Shown: positions 18,964-28,975 of the stretch, in pieces
Layout: each line of letters starts with the position of its first letter
How positions within the stretch are numbered: position 1 is the first letter of the stretch
IMG/VR virus record: IMGVR_UViG_3300027804_000038
Coordinates: 64,001 to 128,000 of that record
Origin: a virus
Lineage: Duplodnaviria; Caudoviricetes
Length of the DNA stretch: 64,000 nt
Reading direction: 5' to 3' (one strand)
Position numbers and translations under genes: made by a program
The notes under the pieces: generated by a model
Database searches by the model: none
What the model was told of the DNA's origin: nothing
The model's input: the letters and a program-made list of their open reading frames with translations, nothing else

Positions 18964-19230
18964 TTAATAATGTTTTATAATTTTTTCATTAAGGAATGTG
19001 TTAAAGGCCAATTTAAATGGAACACTTACAGATGATTTTGGACCTAAAGTTTCATCAACATCATCTCTCTCAGTCATTAAAATCTCCATAAGAAGTTTAA
19101 CCATTTCGTATTTAACGTATTTTATTTGTTGTTCACTTGTACCTCCACTAAGGGGTACAATTTCTAAATTAACTACCTTTTCAATTTCATCTAAATCGAT
19201 ATAATAGTGTTCATTAAATAATTTAAGCAT
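18964..19230 (-). CDS. Hypothetical protein
   Basis: 88 aa ORF within tightly packed operon. Confidence 0.7.
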   Translation of the reverse strand: MLKLFNEHYYIDLDEIEKVVNLEIVPLSGGTSEQQIKYVKYEMVKLLMEILMTERDDVDETLGPKSSVSVPFKLAFNTFLNEKIIKHY

Positions 19231-19876
19231 TTTTTATTTTTTTGGTAATCTCTTCTAATTCCTTTAAATTTTTAATTAAGTACTCAGATTCGATGTGTTT
19301 ATTATATGATGTCTCGTATTTAACGATTATCTTATTAGAATAATTAATAATAATATCAGGATTAGAAGTAACTATTAAATCAAATTCACCCAATATTTTA
19401 TTTTTAGTTACAGGATTATAAAATATAACCGATTCTACTAAACACCCAAATTTAGACAAGAAAAACAAAGTCGCTGGCTTGCTTTTACCCATTTCATCTG
19501 ATATTATTACAATATCATTATCTTCTCTATTATTTAAATAAAAATCATTAAAGTCATTGAATGTTGTCATTTCGCTTGATGGGGCATGACCAAAGATTTC
19601 CATAACATATTCCTCAAACAGAAAAGAATATTCTTCATCTTTATTTTGAAATTTAAAGTGGTTAGATAGCTCTAAACTATTAACAGGTAAATTAGTTTCA
19701 TATTTAAAAGGTAATGTTTCAGTTTGATTTAATTCAGTATTACCTGAGATATCTAAATTATATGTTTGATTGACATACTCATTTTCATATTCATCTATTA
19801 AATTTTTTTGGTAAACTTGGGTAATTTTCTCAATAGTATCCCTAAGAACACCGTTAACTTCAATCCCTATCTTCAT
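19223..19876 (-). CDS. 5'(3')-deoxyribonucleotidase-like HAD protein with degenerate motif I
   Basis: MKIGIEVNGVLRD (canonical IGIDxDGVLxD), KPATLFFLSKFG, YN..I..NL.E C-terminus. Confidence 0.6.
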   Translation of the reverse strand: MKIGIEVNGVLRDTIEKITQVYQKNLIDEYENEYVNQTYNLDISGNTELNQTETLPFKYETNLPVNSLELSNHFKFQNKDEEYSFLFEEYVMEIFGHAPSSEMTTFNDFNDFYLNNREDNDIVIISDEMGKSKPATLFFLSKFGCLVESVIFYNPVTKNKILGEFDLIVTSNPDIIINYSNKIIVKYETSYNKHIESEYLIKNLKELEEITKKIKNA

Positions 19877-20594
19877 ATCTTTCTAAAATTTTACTTATTA
19901 GTGGATTACGAACAACGTCCCCATCCCCAAATTCATGAATCCCAATTTCAGAAACGTTTTTAAATCTATCTAAAGCATCCCAAAGACCTGAATGTTTTTT
20001 ATCTTTATATCTATCAGTTTGTTCTAAGTCACCTGATATAAAAAACTTACTATCCTTTCCAATACGAGTTAAAAGTAATTTCATTTGTTTAGGAGTTGCG
20101 TTCTGAGCCTCTTCGAAAATTAAAATAGAATTATCTATATTCATCCCTCTCATATAAGCTAAAGCAAAGACTTCAATAACTTCCATAGCTTTTAACTTTT
20201 CACGAGATTCTTTGCCTATTATTTTATTTAAAAGATAATATGATGGAAAGATGTACGGGTCCAATTTCTCCTCAACATTGCCAGGTAATGAACCTAATTT
20301 TTCTTCAGCTTCAACCGCTGGACGTACAATAATTATTTTTTCATAAGGTGATGAATGGTCAGATAGTAAATCTACCGCTGCTTTCATTGCGATGAAACTT
20401 TTACCGACACCAGCTGGACCTGAACAAATAGTTATTTGATTACTTTTAAGTTTATCATAATATTCTCTCTGACTTTGTGTTAAAAACTTATCTCTGCTTT
20501 TTTTAATCAAATTAGAAATTTGGTCTTTTTTTGATATTTTTGGTCTTAATTCCCCAGGTAAATCATTACTTTCTTTTGTTTTTTTTCTTGTCAT
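19860..20594 (-). CDS. phoH: PhoH family ATPase
   Basis: GPAGVGKS Walker A, RPAVE, LDPY, AYMRG, EEAQN, GDLEQTD, VVRNPL. Confidence 0.95.
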   Translation of the reverse strand: MTRKKTKESNDLPGELRPKISKKDQISNLIKKSRDKFLTQSQREYYDKLKSNQITICSGPAGVGKSFIAMKAAVDLLSDHSSPYEKIIIVRPAVEAEEKLGSLPGNVEEKLDPYIFPSYYLLNKIIGKESREKLKAMEVIEVFALAYMRGMNIDNSILIFEEAQNATPKQMKLLLTRIGKDSKFFISGDLEQTDRYKDKKHSGLWDALDRFKNVSEIGIHEFGDGDVVRNPLISKILERYEDRD

Positions 20595-20603
20595 AATTTA
20601 ATT

Positions 20604-21596
20604 TTAATCATTATTATTTTTTTTGTTGTCATAGTATACCATCCAGTAGTCAATCATTTCATCTAACATTGACTCAAACGTATACTCATGAGTCCATCCA
20701 GTTGCGTTTACAAGTTTAGAAGAATCTCCTTTTAGATTATTTAATTCTTCAGGTCTCAAAAATTTTTCATCTTGTTTAATATATTCAGACCAATGTAGAC
20801 CCAATCTAGTGAAAACATAATTTACAAGTTCCTTTACAGAATGAGAAACTCCTGTCGCACAAACAAAATCATCTGGATTATCTAATTGTAATATTTCCCA
20901 CATTGCTTTTACATAATCTTTAGCGTGCCCCCAATCACGAGTTGCGTCTAAATTACCTAATTTTAATTCGTTTGATAACCCCAATTTAATTTTAACTGCC
21001 TCCTTACATACTTTATTTGTTACAAAGTTTGTCCCCCTTCTTGGTGATTCGTGATTAAATAATATTCCGTTCGAAATAAACATACCATATGAATTTCTAT
21101 AATTACGACATATATTGTAACTAAAAACTTTTGCACATCCATATGGAGATACTGGATTCATCGGTGTTGTTTCTCTTTGGAATCCGTCAGAATCAATTGA
21201 ATTACCAAACATTTCTGATGATGACGCTTGATATATTTTAGTATCAGGTTTAACTAATTTAACGGCTTCAAGTAAATTTAATGTACCTAATCCTGTAACA
21301 TTAGATGTATAAATTGGCTGGTCAAATGAAATCCTAACGTGAGATTGTGCCGCTAAATTATAAATCTCATCAGGTTTTATTTTTTGAATTACTGAAATTA
21401 ATGATGATATGTCAGTCAAATCTGCATAATGAAGTTTTACTTCATTATAAACTTCATTTAATCTAGAAGTTTGATTTTCAGAGACTGAGTTTCTTTTTAG
21501 AGTACCGTGAACCTCATAACCCTTTTCTAATAAAAATTCAGATAAATATGAACCATCCTGACCATTAATTCCTGTAATAAGTGCAATTTTATTCAT
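20604..21596 (-). CDS. gmd: GDP-mannose 4,6-dehydratase
   Basis: ITGINGQDGSYLSEFLL, YNLAAQSHV, YQASSSEMFG, SPYGCAK, LFNHESPRRG, LGNLDATRDWGHAKDY. Confidence 0.97.
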   Translation of the reverse strand: MNKIALITGINGQDGSYLSEFLLEKGYEVHGTLKRNSVSENQTSRLNEVYNEVKLHYADLTDISSLISVIQKIKPDEIYNLAAQSHVRISFDQPIYTSNVTGLGTLNLLEAVKLVKPDTKIYQASSSEMFGNSIDSDGFQRETTPMNPVSPYGCAKVFSYNICRNYRNSYGMFISNGILFNHESPRRGTNFVTNKVCKEAVKIKLGLSNELKLGNLDATRDWGHAKDYVKAMWEILQLDNPDDFVCATGVSHSVKELVNYVFTRLGLHWSEYIKQDEKFLRPEELNNLKGDSSKLVNATGWTHEYTFESMLDEMIDYWMVYYDNKKNNND

Positions 21597-21994
21597 TATT
21601 TTTTTGTGTTTTTAATTTTTAAAAATTCATCAAAGTCAAGAATGTAGTCATTTTTATCATACTCTGTTGAACAGATAACTAATAAAACGGAGTCTTCCGA
21701 TAAAAATTTTTGGGAGTCCCATATTAGTTTATCAACTAATACAAATTCACCCTTTCTTATTGTTGTTATTTTTTCTGATATACCGTCATGTAAAATAACT
21801 TCAATGGTTCCTGATACACATATTAGAATTTGAATAGTTTCAAAATGAGAGTGATTACCTCTAATTGTATTTTTTGGGACATTACTAACGGTAAAAACTC
21901 TTTGTGGTTTAAATGGGAAATGACTAAAGTCAACAGGTATTAAATCACCTCTTAAATCGCTAAATATACTTAATTTATTTATTTTTTTTTCCAT
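21596..21994 (-). CDS. Sugar 3,4-ketoisomerase (FdtA/QdtA cupin)
   Basis: DLRGDL, PFKPQRVF, RGNHSHF, Q.LIC..G, LLVICSTEYDKNDYI. Confidence 0.9.
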   Translation of the reverse strand: MEKKINKLSIFSDLRGDLIPVDFSHFPFKPQRVFTVSNVPKNTIRGNHSHFETIQILICVSGTIEVILHDGISEKITTIRKGEFVLVDKLIWDSQKFLSEDSVLLVICSTEYDKNDYILDFDEFLKIKNTKK

Positions 21995-22905
21995 TCTTTA
22001 ATTAAACTAATGATATGGTTAATATCAAAATTTGTCAATTCTTCATGGAAAGGTATAGATACTGTCGTAAGTGAATCAATTTCAGATAAAGGACAGTTTG
22101 AATCTTTTTTAAAATATACAGGGTGGTTATGCAACGATTCATAGTGTATTCCACAAATCACACCATTTTGACGCATAAATGAAATAAATTCGTTTCTATT
22201 ATTTACTGAAATTCGATATAGGTGATTGCTAATATTATCATAACCTAATTCTTTGTTATAAATTTCTCTAATTTCATTTAATTTAGATAATTTGTTTTCG
22301 TATTTTTTAAAGTTTCTAAATGCAATATCACATTGTATACTGTTCATGTACATTTTATAACCAGGAAATTTAATTTTCCTTTCCCAGTTATTGTCAGAAT
22401 ATGACATTCCATTTAATGCCATCTCTTTTAATTTTACTATTTTATCTAAATCATTAGATACTATCATACCACCATCACAAGACCCTACTGGTTTAGTTGG
22501 GTAAAAACTAAATATCATTAAATCTTGCGGATTACATTCATTAATAAATTGATTTTTTTCTAGTTTTTGCGCGGAGTCTATTACTTTATAATCCCCAAAA
22601 TCATGTAGTAAATACGAGTTTCCCACCCAATTTATATCATCATAAAATTCATAATTATTGCCTGAGGTTATTATGGCGTTAACAACAACTGGAGGTATAA
22701 TACTTGGAATTTTAACTTTTAAATTTTTATACTGTAAAAAAAGTAAAAAAATAGCACTTGTTGCACTATTAAAACTTACCCCATGCTTAGCCCCAACGTA
22801 TTCACAAATTGAAGACTCGAATTCGGTGACAATATTATCATGTAATAAATTACTATAATTTGAAGTGTCAATTGTGTGGTTGTTTATGTTAAATAAATTT
22901 ATCAT
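21979..22905 (-). CDS. DegT/DnrJ/EryC1/StrS PLP-dependent sugar aminotransferase (short, 308 aa)
   Basis: SFNSATSA, IDSAQ, FSFYPTKPVGSCDGGM with catalytic Lys, GYKMYM, VSIPFH. Confidence 0.88.
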   Translation of the reverse strand: MINLFNINNHTIDTSNYSNLLHDNIVTEFESSICEYVGAKHGVSFNSATSAIFLLFLQYKNLKVKIPSIIPPVVVNAIITSGNNYEFYDDINWVGNSYLLHDFGDYKVIDSAQKLEKNQFINECNPQDLMIFSFYPTKPVGSCDGGMIVSNDLDKIVKLKEMALNGMSYSDNNWERKIKFPGYKMYMNSIQCDIAFRNFKKYENKLSKLNEIREIYNKELGYDNISNHLYRISVNNRNEFISFMRQNGVICGIHYESLHNHPVYFKKDSNCPLSEIDSLTTVSIPFHEELTNFDINHIISLIKEWKKK

Positions 22906-23702
22906 ATTAATTTATAAAATTTATAGTCATTATTACCCCCATTTCTATATAGTTCTTTCCAAAAAACATCCCTGAAGTAGTCGCTATTATTTTTGTAATT
23001 TACAACCCAATCGTAACTATGAATTATTTTTTTATTTTTATTACCGCAAAAAGATGCGGATATTACAAAAGTCGATGGAGATGAAATAACATATTTACAT
23101 TCTGAAATTTTAGTAAAATCTTCTTTAAAATTAGACACATTTCCAGTAGAATAACCAATTTTTAAAAAATTTAAATACTCAATAGTTTTAATATAGGATT
23201 CTAAATTTGTGTCATCAGAAAATAAAATATAATTATAGTCTTCTTCATTTATTTCAGACCTAACAAAATCTATACTATTTTTATAATATTCAAAAGGTAA
23301 TATTGATTTAGGGTCCCATTGATGAAAGTCTCCACCTCTAAAATGAATTGCCACATTTTTTTTGGTTAAATCTATATTCTTATATTTAAAAATATCGTAG
23401 GTAGACAAAGTAGAAAATTCATAAAAATACTCTAATAATGAAGGTTCTAAATAATATATTTTATCATTATCTAATGATACCTCAAATTTATTTTTTATTA
23501 GAAAATTAACATCTAATATTTCATATTGTTCTTTATTATATTCTCTTGTTTTATTTCCAACCTCAAATAACTCTAGTCCATTAAATTCAGTAAAAAAATA
23601 ATCTTGATTATAAAATTTAGATATCTGTATTAAATTATTTAATCCTATTATTTTATTACCAAATTGGTACCCATTCCAATTATTAAAATTAGTAATAATC
23701 AT
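22902..23702 (-). CDS. GT11 family (alpha-1,2-fucosyltransferase-like) glycosyltransferase
   Basis: N-terminal GYQFGNKI, VAIHFRGGDF, ILFSDD, ISSPSTF. Confidence 0.8.
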   Translation of the reverse strand: MIITNFNNWNGYQFGNKIIGLNNLIQISKFYNQDYFFTEFNGLELFEVGNKTREYNKEQYEILDVNFLIKNKFEVSLDNDKIYYLEPSLLEYFYEFSTLSTYDIFKYKNIDLTKKNVAIHFRGGDFHQWDPKSILPFEYYKNSIDFVRSEINEEDYNYILFSDDTNLESYIKTIEYLNFLKIGYSTGNVSNFKEDFTKISECKYVISSPSTFVISASFCGNKNKKIIHSYDWVVNYKNNSDYFRDVFWKELYRNGGNNDYKFYKLI

Positions 23703-23703
23703 A

Positions 23704-24177
23704 TTAGTATTTTATTTTAAATTTTGACATAGTATCCACAGATTCTAATAGTTCTAAAAATTTTAAAGCTTTTTTATATTCAGGTCTAAAAAAATCATGT
23801 ATAAATACAATAGTATTTTCATTACCTAAAAGATTACAGATTGACGCACATGATACTCTAGCTCTACCATCTATTAAAATAACATCAAAAGGGGCGTAAT
23901 TTAGTGGTGAATTAACATATGTATAAAACTCTTCATAAGAACCGTCATCTCCACCTTCGGTATAATCTAAATCAGGTGCGGAGTATATTAAAGTACAATT
24001 ATTTGGTTTTTTTTTAGATATATCCTTATACCAATTTTCTTGATGCTCAACTGAGACTATTGTTTTACACCTATTGGCAATTTCTATTGTAGAATACCCA
24101 CTTCCATACTCCAAAACTTTTTTTGTTTCATCAATGTGGGACATAAAAAAAAATTCTTCAGATTTGTTAGCGAACAT
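23704..24177 (-). CDS. SAM-dependent methyltransferase (probable sugar O-methyltransferase)
   Basis: VLEYGSGYST, VSVEH, DVILIDGRAR, VFIHDF. Confidence 0.8.
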   Translation of the reverse strand: MFANKSEEFFFMSHIDETKKVLEYGSGYSTIEIANRCKTIVSVEHQENWYKDISKKKPNNCTLIYSAPDLDYTEGGDDGSYEEFYTYVNSPLNYAPFDVILIDGRARVSCASICNLLGNENTIVFIHDFFRPEYKKALKFLELLESVDTMSKFKIKY

Positions 24178-24180
24178 AAT

Positions 24181-24819
24181 TTACAGTAAATTTTTTTTAA
24201 CATAAAGAGCGTCACCCCAACCTCCGCCATGATATTCATGAGTCATTGTTCTTATAAAACCATGTTCACTTAAAGATTCATCCATTTCATTAATCAAATG
24301 GCATCCGTCATACATATGTATTGTGTTTATTTCAGTGTATATAAAATCCATATTTTTTAAAAACTCGCCCATTGATAATATCACATTTAAGTCAGCTCCC
24401 TGAACGTCAACATTCATAAAATTAAAATCATCAATTTTAATATAGTTTTCAATTAGTAATGTATCCATCCTTTTTGTTACCATTTCAATTTGGTCAACAT
24501 AAACAACATCTGAAAATTTATTTTTATGTTCTTTTAAATCTAAAATAGAAGATGATTGGCCGTTATTACTTATATTGAATTTTACTTTTTTTTCAGAATC
24601 GTAAATTACTTCATTAATTGTAATAATATTTTCATTACCTAAAAATTTATTTTTTAAATTACCATATAATTTTGGATTACCCTCAACCCAAATAATTTTA
24701 TTAATACCTATTTCATTATAGTCGTCATATTCTTCAGCTTCGTGAGCTCCAACATGTATAATCCCTTTAATTGGTATATTTTCGTATTTTGTTTTAATTT
24801 CTTTAATCTTAATAAACAT
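24181..24819 (-). CDS. FkbM family methyltransferase
   Basis: IIHVGAH, WVEGNP, SSIL, FMNVDVQGADL, YTEIN..MYDG, WGDALY. Confidence 0.9.
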   Translation of the reverse strand: MFIKIKEIKTKYENIPIKGIIHVGAHEAEEYDDYNEIGINKIIWVEGNPKLYGNLKNKFLGNENIITINEVIYDSEKKVKFNISNNGQSSSILDLKEHKNKFSDVVYVDQIEMVTKRMDTLLIENYIKIDDFNFMNVDVQGADLNVILSMGEFLKNMDFIYTEINTIHMYDGCHLINEMDESLSEHGFIRTMTHEYHGGGWGDALYVKKNLL

Positions 24820-24820
24820 A

Positions 24821-25414
24821 TTATACTCTTTCTATTAATATTGATTTACCAAACTCACTATCTAATTCTTCAATAATTCTATGCTCAGACAATAAATTTT
24901 TAAACTCTTCTTCGGAAATAAATGACCTAACAGTGGTTAAATTACCATATGTATTGTATTCATTAATTTTACCTTCTTTTGAACAATATTGTCTATGAAT
25001 TATTAAATATTTTTTAGTGTTTTTTAATATCTGACTTAACACAGGTATTGGTTCTGGCAATTCAGATAAAAAACTATTACATAATAATATATCGTATTTT
25101 TTAAAAAAAGTATAGTCAAAACTATATGCGTCAAATTCAAAATATTCTAAATTTGGGTTAACTTTTTTCGCAACATCTTCAATAATATGAGGTAAATCAA
25201 ATCCGCTATAATTTAACTTGCTATAAACCCTCCCGACTTCTCCAGCCCCACATCCTATGTCCGCAATATTATCACAGTTGCATTTATTTATTAGATTATT
25301 AAGATATGGAAAATGAGCAGCATTTTCTAAACGACCCCATCCATTTAAACCCATAGCACCTCTAACCATTTCGTTAGGTAATATATCAGTATTATACCAA
25401 GCAGTTTTTTTCAT
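24821..25414 (-). CDS. Class I SAM-dependent methyltransferase
   Basis: IADIGCGAG, YSGFDL, YDILLCNSFLSEL. Confidence 0.8.
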   Translation of the reverse strand: MKKTAWYNTDILPNEMVRGAMGLNGWGRLENAAHFPYLNNLINKCNCDNIADIGCGAGEVGRVYSKLNYSGFDLPHIIEDVAKKVNPNLEYFEFDAYSFDYTFFKKYDILLCNSFLSELPEPIPVLSQILKNTKKYLIIHRQYCSKEGKINEYNTYGNLTTVRSFISEEEFKNLLSEHRIIEELDSEFGKSILIERV

Positions 25415-25423
25415 AGTTTTTAA

Positions 25424-26251
25424 TTATTTCCAATAACAACCACCTTCCAATATTTTGTAATTTTCAGGAGTTTCTAATTCATTAGGATAAACCCAATTTT
25501 CATTAAAGAATTTATTTATTTCGTCATGATTATCCCATCTTTGACCTCTTATTCCGAACATAATTTGAATTGCTCCTCCAATATATATTGATGATTTTTT
25601 TAAATCATTTTTTATGAAATTAACAAGAGGTAACCCATAAGTACCACATCCTAATAAGGCAATTTCAAAATCAATTTTTGAAATGTGTTCTTTCATTATA
25701 TTTAAAGATTCGACCCAAGATGAATGAGGTCTCAACTCACCAACAGATTGCACTGATTTGTATGTAATCAAATCAATATTTGGTAGTACTTTTTTATCCC
25801 CCCAAATATTTTTTATTTTTAAATATTGTTGTTTTATACTATAACTAAATGGATTTATTACTAAAACCTTTTTTCCATTAAGGTTTAAACTCCATGGGGA
25901 GTTTAAAAAATATGGTTCTACCGTCCTATGATTTACTTTATGTGAATTAGGGGATAAAATGTCAAATATTTCATTTTGTTTTACGTCCAAGTTAGAATTC
26001 ATCCAAAAACAATTAATATCTGATTTTTTTACCGATTCAATATACAACTCTAAAAAAGTATCAAAGCAATCCCCATATACCCCACCAAAATTTTTAGCAA
26101 TCTCTATGTCTTGATTTGACGGGGTAGAACCCTTCAATACTTTATGTATTAGATTAACCTCTCCAATACCCATTCTACTTACTGAAAAAATATTATTATT
26201 AATAATATTTTCAGATATAAGTTTATTACCTTCTTCTAAATTTAAAATCAT
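25424..26251 (-). CDS. GT-D fold-like (DUF1792-like) protein
   Basis: VSRMGIGE, VLVINPF, IALLGCGTYGLPL, YIGGAIQIMFGIRGQRWD. Confidence 0.6.
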   Translation of the reverse strand: MILNLEEGNKLISENIINNNIFSVSRMGIGEVNLIHKVLKGSTPSNQDIEIAKNFGGVYGDCFDTFLELYIESVKKSDINCFWMNSNLDVKQNEIFDILSPNSHKVNHRTVEPYFLNSPWSLNLNGKKVLVINPFSYSIKQQYLKIKNIWGDKKVLPNIDLITYKSVQSVGELRPHSSWVESLNIMKEHISKIDFEIALLGCGTYGLPLVNFIKNDLKKSSIYIGGAIQIMFGIRGQRWDNHDEINKFFNENWVYPNELETPENYKILEGGCYWK

Positions 26252-26850
26252 TTTATTTTTTTTAATGGGGTACCAATGTATGTTCCAGACTCCTCAACAT
26301 TTTTTATTACACCTGAATTCATCCCAATCTTAACATTACTACAAATTTTTATTTTTTCTCTGATTGTAGAGTTAGTACCTAAATAAATTTTATCCATTAA
26401 AATACAATTTCCTGATATGTTTACATTTGGTGTTGTTGTAAAAAAATCGCCAATCATACAATCATGACCAATAGTGGTGTTTAAATTAATATGGGCGTGT
26501 CTCCCAATAGTAATGTTTGTCGTTAATATTGAACCAGCACAAATAATTGAGCCGTGACCAATTTTTATATTTTCATCTAAAATTTTAGCACTTGAGTGTA
26601 TATAGGTATAAAATTGTGTTTCAGATGGTAATCTTTTAACTATTTGTTCTCTTATTTCAGGTTCAGCTACAGTAACTAAAACTTTAAATTTTTTAATATC
26701 TAAATCACTTATTTTTTTACAATTTATATTGTTATCATCAAAAAATTCTATATAATTTTTATCAATACCATCGTTTATCATATGATAATAAACTTCCCTA
26801 CCAAAACCACCATTACCAATAAGAGCTATTTTATTATAGAATTCTATCAT
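26248..26850 (-). CDS. Sugar N/O-acetyltransferase (NeuD/PglD/PerB-like, hexapeptide repeat)
   Basis: IGNGGFGREV, left-handed beta-helix repeats, TTIGHDC, YIGTP. Confidence 0.9.
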   Translation of the reverse strand: MIEFYNKIALIGNGGFGREVYYHMINDGIDKNYIEFFDDNNINCKKISDLDIKKFKVLVTVAEPEIREQIVKRLPSETQFYTYIHSSAKILDENIKIGHGSIICAGSILTTNITIGRHAHINLNTTIGHDCMIGDFFTTTPNVNISGNCILMDKIYLGTNSTIREKIKICSNVKIGMNSGVIKNVEESGTYIGTPLKKIK

Positions 26851-27856
26851 ACATTTTGATTTCAGAAATTTTTTTATCCCAATCTATTAATTTTTTATAC
26901 CAATTTAAAGTATGAGTGGTTTCATCTTCATAGTTAATATTTGAATTTTCTAAATTATTCTTAATTTCAATAACCCCATCCTCAATACTATATTTACATG
27001 TGTATCCTAACTCATTTTCAATTTTATTGAAATTTAAACTATAGCTTCGATTATCGGGATTGTTTGGTATAAAAATGATTTTAGATTTAGGTATTAAACT
27101 AGAAATTTTATTTGCTAAATCTTTTATTTTTAAATTTTGGTTATTAGACCCTACGTTAAAAATTTTATTTTTACAATCATCGATTTTTTTAACGCATGTT
27201 ATCATAACATTAATAACATCTTTAACATGTACAAAAGGTCTCCACTGTTCACCATCTCCCATTATATAAATTATCCCGTCTTTAGTACCTGTAAGAGTCA
27301 TTATATTAACCGCCAAATCAAACCTCATTCTGTGTGAATATCCGTATATTGTTGAATTTCTTAGTATTGTAATATTAAAATCATCGTCACAGGTATCTAA
27401 CAATACCCTTTCAACAGACACCTTACTTTTTGAATATTCAGTTAATGGATTTAGTTTAAAATTCTCATCCATAAATTTTACTTCACTAAAACCATACACG
27501 CTTGCCGAACTTGAATATATATAATGTTTTACTTTATTTTTTTTAGATAACTCAATTAACCTTTTTGAACCATAATAATTAATTTCTTCAGTAAATTTTG
27601 GGTTTATCTCTGATGTTGCGTCATTACTTAGTCCGCATAAATCGATAACAACATCAACTCCGTTTAAAATAGATTCATTAAAAAATCTTATATCGTCAAT
27701 TAAAATTTCTAAATTTTTACTTTTAATTTTTTTAATTTTATCAACTCCAAAAAAGTATCTGTCTAAAGCAATTACTTTATACCCTTGAGATAAAAGTTCT
27801 TCACAAAGCATTGTACCTACATAACCGCCAGCACCCGATATTAAAATTTTTTTCAT
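26834..27856 (-). CDS. NAD-dependent sugar epimerase/dehydratase (extended SDR)
   Basis: ISGAGGYVG, SSSASVYG, YSKSK (YxxxK), RPFVHVKD. Confidence 0.9.
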   Translation of the reverse strand: MKKILISGAGGYVGTMLCEELLSQGYKVIALDRYFFGVDKIKKIKSKNLEILIDDIRFFNESILNGVDVVIDLCGLSNDATSEINPKFTEEINYYGSKRLIELSKKNKVKHYIYSSSASVYGFSEVKFMDENFKLNPLTEYSKSKVSVERVLLDTCDDDFNITILRNSTIYGYSHRMRFDLAVNIMTLTGTKDGIIYIMGDGEQWRPFVHVKDVINVMITCVKKIDDCKNKIFNVGSNNQNLKIKDLANKISSLIPKSKIIFIPNNPDNRSYSLNFNKIENELGYTCKYSIEDGVIEIKNNLENSNINYEDETTHTLNWYKKLIDWDKKISEIKMYDRIL

Positions 27857-28974
27857 ATATTAAAATATTTTTTAACAGTGTTAAATAAATAATCGATTTC
27901 AGATTCTATCATATCTGTATGTAACGGTAGTGAAACTAAACTATCTTTTATTTTATTAGTAAAATTTAAGTCTAAATTTGAAAATTTTCCACTGTAAAAG
28001 TCTAATTCATGAACTGCCGTATAATACCTCCTTACAGTAATATCATTTTTAGACATAAAATTTGTAAAATTTTCAGCGTTTTCATTTAATATTAGTGGAA
28101 AATATAGGTAATTACAAAAGACATTTTTATCTATTTCCATAAGACTAAAAAATGGTTTAAACATATCCGAAGAAAAAAATTCAATGTATTTTTCTATAAC
28201 TTTTTTTCTTTTAATTAATGCGTTTTCTATATTTTTTAAATTATGTAAACCAACAATTGCTGAAATTTCTTGCATTTTACTGTTAAGACCAGGATATTTT
28301 ATGTTTCCTCTTGTTTTTTCGTATTGACCAAAATCTCTTAAATATTGTAAAATCTCCCAAATTTCTTCGTCTTCAGTAACAACAAGACCCCCTTCCATAG
28401 TTGTAAAATTTTTAGAGGCGTGTAAACTATAGATTTCGCTAAATCCAAAACTATTAATATATTTATTTTTATAAGTTGAGCCAAAGGCTGGCGCGTTATC
28501 AAAAATTACGCATATATTATTTTTTTTAGAAAATTCAATAACTTCATCAATGTTAGGAATATTTCCATACGCCCCAACAATAACCAGCATTTTTACATTA
28601 TTATCAATATTACATTTTTTTAAGTTAATAATAAGTTTTTCATCAACATCACAAAAAATAGGTTCTAAATTATTCATATATAACGCATTTATAGTACCTG
28701 AAAATGTTACTGAGGGTACTAAAACTTTAAACGTTTGATTGTGATGATAACCCATTTTTATTTTTTGAGCTTGTATTAAATGGAAAAGTGCCATTTCTCC
28801 ATTACAAAACAAAATTGGTTTTAATTTACTTGATAGGTAAATTTGAAGCTCTTCTTCTAATTTTTTTACAAATTTAGAGTTATTCGTAACTAAACCGTTT
28901 TCTAAACATTCTTTAAAATCTTCATATATTAAATCTATACTAGGTAGAACTGGCTTTATAATATTAATTTTCAT
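27853..28974 (-). CDS. DegT/DnrJ/EryC1/StrS sugar aminotransferase
   Basis: PSVTFSGT, PIFCDVD, FDNAPAFG, SLHASKNFTTMEGG, GLNSKMQE, VSLPLH. Confidence 0.92.
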   Translation of the reverse strand: MKINIIKPVLPSIDLIYEDFKECLENGLVTNNSKFVKKLEEELQIYLSSKLKPILFCNGEMALFHLIQAQKIKMGYHHNQTFKVLVPSVTFSGTINALYMNNLEPIFCDVDEKLIINLKKCNIDNNVKMLVIVGAYGNIPNIDEVIEFSKKNNICVIFDNAPAFGSTYKNKYINSFGFSEIYSLHASKNFTTMEGGLVVTEDEEIWEILQYLRDFGQYEKTRGNIKYPGLNSKMQEISAIVGLHNLKNIENALIKRKKVIEKYIEFFSSDMFKPFFSLMEIDKNVFCNYLYFPLILNENAENFTNFMSKNDITVRRYYTAVHELDFYSGKFSNLDLNFTNKIKDSLVSLPLHTDMIESEIDYLFNTVKKYFNI

Positions 28975-28975
28975 T

